32,000 bases of DNA from an uncultured bacterium. Its GTDB lineage: Bacteria > Auribacterota > JACPWU01. The stretch lies in the NCBI GenBank assembly GCA_964640155.1, contig CAZXEQ010000002.1, positions 120,001 to 152,000 on the forward strand. The letters run 5' to 3'. The translations under genes and the position numbers were made by a program. Each line of letters begins with the position of its first letter. Position 1 is the first letter of the stretch. A model generated the notes under the pieces. It saw only the letters and a program-made list of their open reading frames with translations. It ran no database searches and was not told where the DNA came from. Positions 8,931 through 17,164 of this stretch are shown piece by piece.

Positions 8931-10991
8931 TTACCCCTGAGAAAGAGATCTTTCTAGAACTTGCATAATGGCATTCTGTAAAGCATCTATTTGAAATGGT
9001 TTCATCAACTGAGGGCGCGGCACACTCATGAGAAAAGCTTGTGTTGTTTTGTCATAAGTATCCCCTGTAATAAAGATAATCTTCTCTATTTCTGAAGGAA
9101 CAGCTTCGGTCATCCACTGATAAAGCGCACGACCATCCATCACAGGCATTCGAAGATCCACCAAGTAAACATCAAATTTTTCATGAATGATGACATCCTT
9201 AGCCTGATATCCATCTGAAACAACTTTGACTTGATGGTGAGGGCTCAACATATCTTGAAGCAATGTTCTTACGGACAATTCATCCTCAACTACAAGAATT
9301 TTTCCTTGCTTTGAGACTGTTTTTTTATTTTCAGAAGAGACTTCTTTAGACTCAAGAGACTCTCGAGGTTTGCGAATAGGAAGTTCAATGGTAAATGTGG
9401 ATCCTTCTCCATGACGACTCTGGACATGAATCACCCCTTCATGACTCTGAATAATACCGTAGGAAATAGAAAGGCCCAAACCTGTTCCCTTTCCTACTTC
9501 TTTGGTTGAGAAAAATGGATCGAAAATTCTCGCTAAGTTCTCAGGAGGAATTCCCATTCCAGTATCCCGAATAAGAAAAGAAATTTTATGATCACGTTGA
9601 TAAGACTGAACACTCAAAATTCCCCCTTTTTCTTCCATGGCTTGCCAAGCATTATTCAACATATTTAAGAAGGCCTGACTCACAAGCCCTGGGTCCGCCA
9701 TGGTCATTGGAAGCCCTAGATCTAAATTCAGATGGAGCTCAATACGATGTTTTCGAATATGAGGTTCAACCAAATCTAATGTTTCTCTCATGGTTTGATT
9801 TAAATCTACATAGATTTTCTGAGGGGGGGCTGTCCTTGCAAATTTCAACAAGGATTCAACAATTTTTTTTGCATTCACAGCAGATTCTTCAATGATATCC
9901 ATATACTTTGCTACTTTGGAATCTAAATCCATCGTTTTAAAAATTTGCGCATATCCTAAAATAGGCGTCAATTTATTATTAAGCTCATGTGTGATGCCTG
10001 TAATCAGCTCTCCAATGGCTACAAATTTTTCAGAACGAATCAGCTCAGCCTCTGTCTCTCTTAATTTCCGAGTCCTTTCTTCAACCATTTTTTCTAACAT
10101 ACGTCTGTATTCTTCCACTTCCTCATGAGAACGCTTTAAAAAAAGAGTCATTTGATTAAAAGAAGCGGCAAGCTCTCCTATTTCATCTTTTGATGAAACC
10201 TGGACTTCATAATTTAAATTCCCCTGTGCAATTTGACGCGTTCCATGTACCAATCGACGGATGGGACGAACAATAAGCTGCACTAAAATTGTGGTAATGA
10301 GCATTCCAAAAAAGACAACAAGAACGGTGATAAAACTAATCGTTCGCTTCATTTTGGTAATTGATTTCTGAAGATTTACTAAAGAAATGCCGACACGAAC
10401 GGTCCCTATTTTTTCTTCCACAATCTGTCCATCTATTTTAAGAATATTCTTAAGTTGATCTAAAATTCCAAGATAACCAGGTAAAAGCTCATCTCGCGTA
10501 TGAGACCGTGCTAAACGTCTTGTTTTTACAAGGCCCGAAATATCAAAGCCTATGGTTTCTCCTGAAACATTTGAAAAAGACTGAACAAAAATTTCTTCAG
10601 CTCCATCTTTCTTTGAACTTAAATCCAGAGCTAAAGCTTTTTCAATCAACTCTGAGGGAAGCTTCATCTGCTGAACTTCTCTCCGATAGGACTCTACAAG
10701 AACATTTCCTTGAGCATCATGAATCACCCCATAAATGACATCTGTTTCCTGGAGTACACCCTGAACTAATTTAGCCAAAACCTCCGTATTATGAGTAATC
10801 TCCCCGTACTCACTGTTAAAAGCTAAAATACGCGTCAGGGCAATTCCCCTTGATTTCAAGAATTCTAGATAGTCTCTTTCTCTACTTCTTAAAAGGAAAA
10901 GAGCTAAAATAAGGGAAGTTAAAACAATCAAAAGAGTTGTTAAGAAAACGAACTTAAAGGAAAGTTTTAAACGGTATTTTTGAAATGGCAT
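8931..10991 (-). CDS. Hybrid sensor histidine kinase (2 TM + extracytoplasmic domain, HAMP, DHp/CA, C-terminal receiver)
   Basis: TM1 near aa 12-34 and TM2 near aa 220-243. [39 protein letters not shown]-box [17 protein letters not shown] boxes [21 protein letters not shown]. Receiver ILVVEDE...[18 protein letters not shown] lies 6 nt before the ATG. Confidence 0.9.
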   Translation of the reverse strand: MPFQKYRLKLSFKFVFLTTLLIVLTSLILALFLLRSRERDYLEFLKSRGIALTRILAFNSEYGEITHNTEVLAKLVQGVLQETDVIYGVIHDAQGNVLVESYRREVQQMKLPSELIEKALALDLSSKKDGAEEIFVQSFSNVSGETIGFDISGLVKTRRLARSHTRDELLPGYLGILDQLKNILKIDGQIVEEKIGTVRVGISLVNLQKSITKMKRTISFITVLVVFFGMLITTILVQLIVRPIRRLVHGTRQIAQGNLNYEVQVSSKDEIGELAASFNQMTLFLKRSHEEVEEYRRMLEKMVEERTRKLRETEAELIRSEKFVAIGELITGITHELNNKLTPILGYAQIFKTMDLDSKVAKYMDIIEESAVNAKKIVESLLKFARTAPPQKIYVDLNQTMRETLDLVEPHIRKHRIELHLNLDLGLPMTMADPGLVSQAFLNMLNNAWQAMEEKGGILSVQSYQRDHKISFLIRDTGMGIPPENLARIFDPFFSTKEVGKGTGLGLSISYGIIQSHEGVIHVQSRHGEGSTFTIELPIRKPRESLESKEVSSENKKTVSKQGKILVVEDELSVRTLLQDMLSPHHQVKVVSDGYQAKDVIIHEKFDVYLVDLRMPVMDGRALYQWMTEAVPSEIEKIIFITGDTYDKTTQAFLMSVPRPQLMKPFQIDALQNAIMQVLERSLSQG

Positions 10992-11095
10992 GAAAGCTCC
11001 ATTTTTAACTCAGAGCCCATTTTAAAAGAGCCCTTGCTTGTTTATTTTACTCTAAAAAAAGAATTAAAACCATTATGAAAACCTTGATCATACAC

Positions 11096-11229
11096 ATAAA
11101 AGTGCGTCCTTTATAGATGCGGGTGACACTCGGCGGGGAGCCCCACCGCGCGCAACTTTTAGTGAGCACGGTGGGGCTGTCGAGTGGCAGGCCCCGTTTC
11201 TTATCTATCGATAAAGGACACACTTTTAT
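11096..11229. ncRNA. Unclassified GC-rich 134-nt rod-like imperfect palindrome (candidate structured RNA, or alternatively a MITE-like palindromic insertion)
   Basis: Outer arms 11096-11118 / 11203-11229 pair with one mismatch and one 4-nt bulge. Inner helices are 11120-11123/11193-11196, 11127-11132/11181-11186 and a perfect 10-bp AGCCCCACCG (11139-11148) / CGGTGGGGCT (11169-11178). The apical loop is about 20 nt. The core is much more GC-rich than the flanks. No family motif recognised and the strand is undetermined. Confidence 0.4.
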
Positions 11230-11248
11230 ACCCCCTATCAAAACCCTC

Positions 11249-11286
11249 TAAAAACAAAAATCCCTCCCCGATAAATCGGGAAGGGA
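11249..11286 (-). terminator. Rho-independent terminator of cspA
   Basis: The minus strand reads UCCCUUCCCGA-UUUA-UCGGGGAGGGA (11-bp stem including one G-U) followed by UUUUUGUUUUU. It starts 30 nt after the cspA stop. Confidence 0.85.
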
Positions 11287-11315
11287 TCTTGTATACCTAT
11301 CCAACGATAGGACAA

Positions 11316-11516
11316 TTACGCCTTGGTGACGTTAACGGCTTGTTCACCTTTTGGGCCACGTGTTACTTCAAACTCTACTGCTTCACCTTCTCGTAAAGTT
11401 TTGAAGCCATCGCCTGAAATAGAAGAATAATGTACAAACACATCCTTACCATTCTCAGGTGTAATAAACCCGTAACCTTTTTGGTCGTTAAACCATTTGA
11501 CTGTTCCTTTAGCCAT
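11316..11516 (-). CDS. cspA: Cold-shock protein (CSD, CspA family)
   Basis: [33 protein letters not shown] contains the RNP1 (KGYGFI) and RNP2 (VFVHY) motifs. 66 aa. AAAGGA lies 7 nt upstream of the ATG. Confidence 0.95.
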   Translation of the reverse strand: MAKGTVKWFNDQKGYGFITPENGKDVFVHYSSISGDGFKTLREGEAVEFEVTRGPKGEQAVNVTKA

Positions 11517-11558
11517 TTGTAAATCCTTTCTGAGTCAAAGCGATGTCCCAAACAAAGT

Positions 11559-11594
11559 AAAAAAAATGCCGTGAGTCTAATAGCAGGCCCACGG
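11559..11594 (-). promoter_or_regulatory. Terminator-like hairpin plus U8 tract inside the cspA 5' leader (candidate attenuator)
   Basis: The minus strand reads CCGUGGG-N12-CUCACGG (7 bp; the wobble pair is G-U only on the minus strand and A-C on the plus strand), then CA and UUUUUUUU. It ends about 43 nt upstream of the cspA ATG. Confidence 0.4.
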
Positions 11595-11642
11595 TTCCAT
11601 CTAAAATTTACTTGCATGCATCCTATGCCGACTCGAGAGTAT

Positions 11643-11670
11643 ATTCTATTAGAAAAATTTTTTTTGTCAA
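11643..11670 (-). promoter_or_regulatory. Candidate sigma70-type promoter of cspA
   Basis: The minus strand reads TTGACA (11665-11670), a 16-nt spacer, then TAGAAT (11643-11648). This predicts a leader of about 120 nt, typical of csp genes. Confidence 0.45.
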
Positions 11671-11784
11671 TATAAACATCTCTTTATGCAAATAGCCCTT
11701 AGATGTAAATCTCTAAAGTTTGAGTTTTGCTCTAATGAGTTCTTAAAGAAATATATGTTATATATTAGTTTCTAATGAAGAAAA

Positions 11785-13101
11785 TTAAAATGATTTGATA
11801 TTTTCTTTTTGATAGAACTTTATCTGATTACGACCTGCTTGCTTTGCCTCATAAAGAGCTTGATCTGCCATTTGAACAAGGGAAAATAAATCTTCTGAAT
11901 CATCAGGGAAATGAGAGATTCCCATACTAAGCGTGAGTTTAAAATGTTTTTCATAAACCATAAAATCTTTTCGCTCAATATCCTCTCTGAGACGTTCACA
12001 AATTTGTAAAGCCTCTTCAAGTGTTGTTTGAGGCAAAGCAATCAGAAATTCCTCACCTCCATAACGGCCCATCAAATCCATAGGTCTCAAATTTTCTTGT
12101 AAAGCTTGAGACAAATTTCTTAAGAGAATATCCCCCACAAGATGCCCAAACTGATCATTAAATTTTTTAAAGTAATCAATATCCATCATCACAATAGAAC
12201 ATTTTTCTTCCTGAGCAGTTAGACGCATTAATTCACTCTCTAATAAAATCATCAAGTGACGACGTTGATAAATTGAAGTTAAGCCATCCATAATAGAAAA
12301 ACTGTGCATCTCTTCATAAAGCAATGCTTTTTTAATTTCCATGCTTAACTGAAGGCCTAAAATCTGAAGAATCTCACGTTCATTCTCTTCACATCCTTGA
12401 AGAATCAAAACTCCAACAGGAACTCCTTCGTGAAAAAGCCCCAAACCCATCATTGCTCCTATGGAGTTAATAGAATTTTCGGGTTCAAATTGCAGAGCCT
12501 TATCAAAAATTCTTCTCTCGTCTTCAGTTAAAAAAGCCTCTAAAGCATTAACAGGATGATCTACAGGAGATGGCAATTGGTGGGGAGAAAGCTGATAATA
12601 CAAAGGGTGCTGTTTTGATGATGGAGAAGAGTCCAACATTAAAAGCCAGCCTTTTTGGAAATGTGTTAGTTTAGAAAGCAAATCAGAAAAAACTTCTATC
12701 GTCTTCGAAAACTCCAACGTTTTATTTAATTCTTTTAAAGATTCATAAACTGCTTCTTTCTGAAGAAGAGCTTGCTCAAGAGTTTGGTTTTCTTCCTCTA
12801 AAGAACGATTCGTTATTTTCAAGGACTGAATCTTTTGTTGATGGTCTTTGATGTCGAGCTGAACACCGCCAAGAGCTCGGGTATATGTTTTATAAATAAT
12901 TCTGGATAAAGTCATACAAACCAACCAAGTGCAACCCAATATCGATATTTTGTAATAAAAGAAGTGAGAATTCTTATAAAATATAACCCATAAAAGTATG
13001 AACACACTCCCTCCGATGCAGGCGGATTTCTTTCGTCCCCAAAGCTGAAGGGTAGAGCTTACAACAAGAACGCCCATGGCTAATATTAATTCGAATAACA
13101 T
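11785..13101 (-). CDS. Membrane-anchored diguanylate cyclase (TM region, coiled coil, GAF-like, GGDEF with I-site)
   Basis: N-terminal hydrophobic segments. Coiled coil HQQKIQSLKITNRSLEEENQTLEQALLQKE. GGDEF domain with RPMDLMGRYGGEEF (RxxD five residues before GGEEF). AGGAG lies 8 nt before the ATG. Confidence 0.9.
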   Translation of the reverse strand: MLFELILAMGVLVVSSTLQLWGRKKSACIGGSVFILLWVIFYKNSHFFYYKISILGCTWLVCMTLSRIIYKTYTRALGGVQLDIKDHQQKIQSLKITNRSLEEENQTLEQALLQKEAVYESLKELNKTLEFSKTIEVFSDLLSKLTHFQKGWLLMLDSSPSSKQHPLYYQLSPHQLPSPVDHPVNALEAFLTEDERRIFDKALQFEPENSINSIGAMMGLGLFHEGVPVGVLILQGCEENEREILQILGLQLSMEIKKALLYEEMHSFSIMDGLTSIYQRRHLMILLESELMRLTAQEEKCSIVMMDIDYFKKFNDQFGHLVGDILLRNLSQALQENLRPMDLMGRYGGEEFLIALPQTTLEEALQICERLREDIERKDFMVYEKHFKLTLSMGISHFPDDSEDLFSLVQMADQALYEAKQAGRNQIKFYQKENIKSF

Positions 13102-13157
13102 CGTTTAAGCTCCTGTTCTTCTACTTTCTATTTGAAATATCTGAAAAACACTTATTT

Positions 13158-13286
13158 TAGGAACCTCTCAAAAAGGGCTCAGATGCAAGGCGCTTGCAAG
13201 CGACCGAGGAGGCGTACGCCTGATGGTACGCCGCACAAGGGAGCGCAGTAAGCAACGTAGCAGATGGCCTTTTTCAGAGGTTCCTA
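13158..13286. ncRNA. Unclassified GC-rich 129-nt imperfect palindrome with 21-nt terminal inverted repeats (candidate structured RNA or MITE-like element)
   Basis: Arms 13158-13178 (TAGGAACCTCTCAAAAAGGGC) and 13266-13286 pair at 19 of 21 positions. The core contains a perfect hairpin GGCGTAC (13211-13217) - N8 - GTACGCC (13226-13232), plus GCTTGC (13192-13197) / GTAAGC (13248-13253). The right arm contains the TAG stop of the upstream GGDEF gene. The core is much more GC-rich than the flanks. Confidence 0.4.
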
Positions 13287-14705
13287 TTTAAAACAAATCC
13301 TATTCTTTCCATCATGCTTGGCTTGATACAAAGCCAAATCTGAACGATGAATCAAATCATCTTTCCCTTGATCTTCAATATGAATATTACTGATCCCAAT
13401 GCTTAAAGTAATACTTACATTCTCTCGACGAACAGGAAGGATGTTTTCTTCAACCTGTTTTCTAAAGTCTTCTACAATTTTACTCACTTCTTTCAATGTT
13501 AACTCCGGGAAAAAAGCTGAAAATTCTTCTCCTCCATACCGAGTCGGAATAAATTTTGAGTCAACGATTTTAGTAAAAATTTCAGAAACATTTTTAAGCG
13601 TCGCATCTCCCACCGAATGACCAAAACGATCATTCACTTCTTTAAAATTATCAATATCGGCCATCATGACATAAAGGCTTTGATGGTTTTCTTTAGCTTG
13701 AATAAAAGCCTTTTGCAATTCCCCGTGGAAATAAGTAGGGACAAAAAGATTGGTAAGTCCATCTCTCAATGAAAGAGCAAGCGCTTCGCTATAAAGACGT
13801 GCATTTTTTAATGAAGTGGACGTAACACTTGTTAAAGCATCTAGAAGTCGTAAGTCTTCCAAAGCAAACGTTCCAGAGCAATAACTTTCCATACGAATGG
13901 CCCCTATCAATTTATTCTCTGTTATGAGCGGGGTTTCAATTAAAGAACAAACATTTGATTGATGAGCAATTCGTTGAAATCGAATATCTGTTTTTATATC
14001 TTCAATCAAAAGATTTTGATGGTTTTTCAAAAGCCAATGGTTAAAAGGATCTTGAGAAGATAAAGATACCCGCTTGCCTTGAGGAGTAATGTCTAAGCTA
14101 TCTGTTAATATAAAGGCCTTAAAGTGATCATCTAAAAGAAAAACATAAGCTTTATCGGCTTTACCAATCAACCCAGCCATCAGCTCTAAAACCTTACCAG
14201 CTGTTTCAGACAAAGAAAGGGTTAACACCAATTTCTCTCCCAATTCTCTCAATTTTGAATATCTGATAATTTTTGCTTGATAAGCGTGTGTCTTATTTAA
14301 AAGTTTAGAATGCGCATTGGAGAGATTATTTTCTTCTGACTCCAAATGATTGAGTCGGATCCCTTCCTGCACATACACTTTACGATTCTGATTGATGAAA
14401 AAATAAATCGCTCCAGAAAGAGCCATATAACCCAATGCATGAAGGAAGGGATAAGGTAAATGAGAACGAAAATAAATAATAGGACTAAGGAGAAGACTCA
14501 AACCTAAGGAAATATAAGTTCCAACAAAACCAAAAACAAGCGTTACAAACAAAATCCAAGGGATGTAAATAAGACAAGAAAACTGAACAAGCGCAGGGTC
14601 AATTCTGTAAGAAGAGCTTGTGATGACGAACTGAAGTCCCACCATCATCACAAGAAAAAAGACAGCTAAGCATTTCCAGCTGATGCTCTGAACCTTCATC
14701 TCCAC
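13284..14705 (-). CDS. Membrane-anchored diguanylate cyclase (multi-TM N-terminus, GAF, GGDEF without I-site)
   Basis: About 4 N-terminal TM segments. GAF-like region (..AYVFLLDDHFKAFIL...LIGAIRMESY..). GGDEF with IPTRYGGEEF, where the RxxD position reads DSKF. GAGGTGGAG precedes the ATG. Confidence 0.9.
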   Translation of the reverse strand: MEMKVQSISWKCLAVFFLVMMVGLQFVITSSSYRIDPALVQFSCLIYIPWILFVTLVFGFVGTYISLGLSLLLSPIIYFRSHLPYPFLHALGYMALSGAIYFFINQNRKVYVQEGIRLNHLESEENNLSNAHSKLLNKTHAYQAKIIRYSKLRELGEKLVLTLSLSETAGKVLELMAGLIGKADKAYVFLLDDHFKAFILTDSLDITPQGKRVSLSSQDPFNHWLLKNHQNLLIEDIKTDIRFQRIAHQSNVCSLIETPLITENKLIGAIRMESYCSGTFALEDLRLLDALTSVTSTSLKNARLYSEALALSLRDGLTNLFVPTYFHGELQKAFIQAKENHQSLYVMMADIDNFKEVNDRFGHSVGDATLKNVSEIFTKIVDSKFIPTRYGGEEFSAFFPELTLKEVSKIVEDFRKQVEENILPVRRENVSITLSIGISNIHIEDQGKDDLIHRSDLALYQAKHDGKNRICFK

Positions 14706-14749
14706 CTCTCAATCTTGATTATTGAGGAGAAGAGGACTCAAGATCGGCT

Positions 14750-15853
14750 TTAAACAATGGTTTTTTCGGTTGCAAGATCGAAGAAGTGCGCCTTGGACAT
14801 GTCTAAAACAATTTCAAGATCTTGATTCACCTCGGCCTTTTGATGCGCATCCACACGAGCTACAAAGGAAAGTCTTCCCTTTTTTAAATAAAGATAAATC
14901 TCTGCTCCCATGGGCTCGACGACTTCAACAGTCGCTTTAATGGTATTATCAGAAGAAACATCACCTAAAAAAAGCTTGTCATAAATATCCTCTGGCCGAA
15001 TCCCCAAAATAACTCTTTTATCGATGTAGGAAACAAGTTGAGAAGATATGGGCTCGCCCAACTTCACTTGGAATTGATCCTCTTTGAAATACAAGGCGTT
15101 CTCCCATTTAACAATCGTTCCTTCAATAAAATTCATCGGCGGACTACCTATAAAACCAGCTACAAACTTGTTAGAAGGATGATGATAAATCGTCATGGGA
15201 TCCGCAACTTGCTGAATCTGTCCATCTTTCATCACCACAATTCTATCCCCCATGGTCATGGCTTCCACTTGATCATGAGTGACATAAATCATCGTGGATT
15301 GAAGACGGATATGAAGTTTGCTAATCTCTGTTCTCATTTGAACCCGAAGTTTGGCATCCAAATTTGAGAGAGGTTCATCAAAAAGAAAGGCTTTGGGCTT
15401 ACGAACAATCGCTCTACCTACCGCAACTCTTTGGCGTTGACCTCCTGATAAAGCCGCGGGCTTGCGATCTAGAAGTGTTTGTATTCCTAGAATTTCAGCT
15501 GCATCTTTGACTCGTTTTTCAATTTCAGGTTTTGGAAATTTACGAAGCATGAGGCCAAAAGCCATGTTCTTGTAAACAGTCATATGAGGATAAAGAGCAT
15601 AATTCTGAAAAACCATGGCAATATCGCGATCCTTGGCAGGAATATCATTGATCTTTTTATCATCAATGGTAATAACGCCAGAACTGATGTCTTCAAGACC
15701 CGCAACCATTCTTAAAGTAGAAGATTTTCCACACCCGGAAGGACCTACTAAGACAACAAATTCCTTGTCTCCAATTTCAAGATTCACATCCTTCACGGCA
15801 AGAATACCGCCAGAATAGACTTTACAAAGCTTTTCAAGTTTAACTTGGGCCAT
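14750..15853 (-). CDS. Carbohydrate-type ABC importer ATP-binding protein (MalK/UgpC/MsmX family), no adjacent permease
   Basis: Walker [10 protein letters not shown]-loop, signature LSGGQRQR, Walker [13 protein letters not shown]-loop VTHDQ, and a C-terminal regulatory/TOBE-like domain of about 120 aa. 367 aa. Confidence 0.9.
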   Translation of the reverse strand: MAQVKLEKLCKVYSGGILAVKDVNLEIGDKEFVVLVGPSGCGKSSTLRMVAGLEDISSGVITIDDKKINDIPAKDRDIAMVFQNYALYPHMTVYKNMAFGLMLRKFPKPEIEKRVKDAAEILGIQTLLDRKPAALSGGQRQRVAVGRAIVRKPKAFLFDEPLSNLDAKLRVQMRTEISKLHIRLQSTMIYVTHDQVEAMTMGDRIVVMKDGQIQQVADPMTIYHHPSNKFVAGFIGSPPMNFIEGTIVKWENALYFKEDQFQVKLGEPISSQLVSYIDKRVILGIRPEDIYDKLFLGDVSSDNTIKATVEVVEPMGAEIYLYLKKGRLSFVARVDAHQKAEVNQDLEIVLDMSKAHFFDLATEKTIV

Positions 15854-16036
15854 ATTTGTTCACTTCAGATTAAAAGTATCTGTTTATTCTAGGCAGGTTA
15901 ATGGCATTCGTCAACTTCTATATTGTTTGTTCACCTTGAGTGACTCCTCATTCTCTCTAACCATTTGAATTTAACCTAAAAATTTGATATGGTTTCGGTC
16001 TCTATTAATTAATTTAATGCGAAGGAGTATATCCTT

Positions 16037-17164
16037 TTGAAAGTCCTTCTAGTAACTTCTCATTTGAATGCGGGAGGAATCACTTCCTATACTATTTCTC
16101 TTGCAACTGCTTTGAAAGAAAGAGGTTGCGAAGTTTTTTTAGCTTCAGGGGGAGGAACTTTTGAAAAAGGACTTGCGCTATCTCACGTGAATATTGGCAT
16201 TCATACAAAAAATGAAATAGGACTTAAAACTTTTTTAGGTGCATTTAAACTTAAAAAATTTATTCAAGAAAAAGGAATTGATCTTATTCACGCCCAAACA
16301 CGCGTAGCCGCTGTAACAAGCTTTTTAGCTACACGTGGATCTCGTATTCCTATTGTTACAACCGCACATGGTTTTTATCGCCCTCATTTAGGCCGCCGTC
16401 TTTTCCCATGCTGGGGGGACAACACCATTGCTATCAGTAGCCATGTTCTAGCACATCTTAAAAAAGATTTTCATTTACCCTCCTCCAAAATCCATCTCAT
16501 TTACAATGGAACTGATCTTTCACGTTATGAAAAACCTCTTTCTGAAACACGAAAGAAAGAACTTCTTCAACAATGGAATTTAAATTTCAATACTCCTCTC
16601 ATAGGTATTATTGCCCGGCTTTCCCCTGTCAAAGGACATCATTATCTTCTCCCTGCCATCGCTGAGCTTAAAAAAGAATTTCCCCGTCTTCAATGCTTGG
16701 TTGTTGGGGATGGACCTTCTCAACAAGAATTTCTGGAAGAAAAGAAAAAACTTGGGCTAAATGGGACTCTACGCTGGCTGCCTTGGCTTAATGATCCCGT
16801 AGAAGCACTAGGCTTACTCAATATTTTCGTCCTTCCTTCTCTTCAAGAAGGATTAAGTCTTTCAATTTTAGAAGCACAAGCAATGGGGATTCCTGTTGTT
16901 GCATCTGATGTGGGAGGAATTTCCGAAGTGGTTGTACATGAGAAAACAGGGCTTCTTGTCCCTCCCAAGGATAGTATCGCTTTAAAAAATGCGCTCCAAA
17001 CCCTTTTGCTTAATCCTTCTTTAGCTCAAGAAATGGGCCAAGCAGGCAAAAAGCGTATTCAATTCCACTTCAGCCTTTCAAAAATGGCAGATCAAGTCGT
17101 TGAAGTTTATCAAAAAACATTCATGTCAAAGCCCACATCTGCTAGCGTAGGAGCCCCTGTATGA
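16037..17164 (+). CDS. GT-B fold glycosyltransferase (GT4-like)
   Basis: TTG start 10 nt after GAAGGAG. N-terminus KVLLVTSHLNAGGITSY. C-terminal LPSLQEGLSLSILEAQAMGIPVVASDVGGISEVV (E-x7-E region). Confidence 0.85.
   Translation: MKVLLVTSHLNAGGITSYTISLATALKERGCEVFLASGGGTFEKGLALSHVNIGIHTKNEIGLKTFLGAFKLKKFIQEKGIDLIHAQTRVAAVTSFLATRGSRIPIVTTAHGFYRPHLGRRLFPCWGDNTIAISSHVLAHLKKDFHLPSSKIHLIYNGTDLSRYEKPLSETRKKELLQQWNLNFNTPLIGIIARLSPVKGHHYLLPAIAELKKEFPRLQCLVVGDGPSQQEFLEEKKKLGLNGTLRWLPWLNDPVEALGLLNIFVLPSLQEGLSLSILEAQAMGIPVVASDVGGISEVVVHEKTGLLVPPKDSIALKNALQTLLLNPSLAQEMGQAGKKRIQFHFSLSKMADQVVEVYQKTFMSKPTSASVGAPV

Noticed and set aside
9707-10738. Three short plus-strand ORFs (62-78 aa) antisense to the histidine kinase
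   Set aside because: Shadow ORFs inside a well-supported 686-aa gene.
11096-11229. Element A as SRP (4.5S) RNA, 6S RNA, a c-di-AMP (ydaO) riboswitch or a cobalamin riboswitch
   Set aside because: A rod shape and GC-richness fit SRP RNA, but there is no GGAA tetraloop or AGCAGC-type helix-8 motif on either strand. It is too short for 6S. Only scattered short resemblances exist (ACGGGG, CGACAGC, GCCACT), in the wrong order or on the wrong strand for the ydaO or B12 cores.
11047-11241. 64-aa minus-strand ORF (non-ATG start) spanning the GC-rich palindrome, with a hydrophobic C-terminus. Considered as a type I toxin.
   Set aside because: It has a TTG start without an SD, and the reading frame is an obvious by-product of the palindrome. 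The overlapping plus-strand ORF 11184-11396 and the 80-aa ORF 11375-11617 were likewise rejected as shadows of cspA and its leader.
13158-13286. Element B as a c-di-GMP riboswitch (tempting because it sits between two GGDEF genes), a hammerhead ribozyme (CUGAUG at 13220-13225) or an integron attC site
   Set aside because: I could not find the GEMM-I tetraloop/receptor core or the c-di-GMP-II conserved stretches. The hammerhead GAAA/stem III core is absent. There are no GTTRRRY/RYYYAAC ends and no integrase. It remains unclassified rather than assigned.
14722-15818. Plus-strand ORFs 14722-14940, 15038-15367 and 15615-15818, antisense to the ABC ATPase
   Set aside because: Shadow ORFs within a gene carrying a full set of ABC motifs.
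15854-16036. JUMPStart/ops (GGCGGTAG) antitermination element upstream of the glycan operon
   Set aside because: The motif is not present in the leader region on the plus strand.
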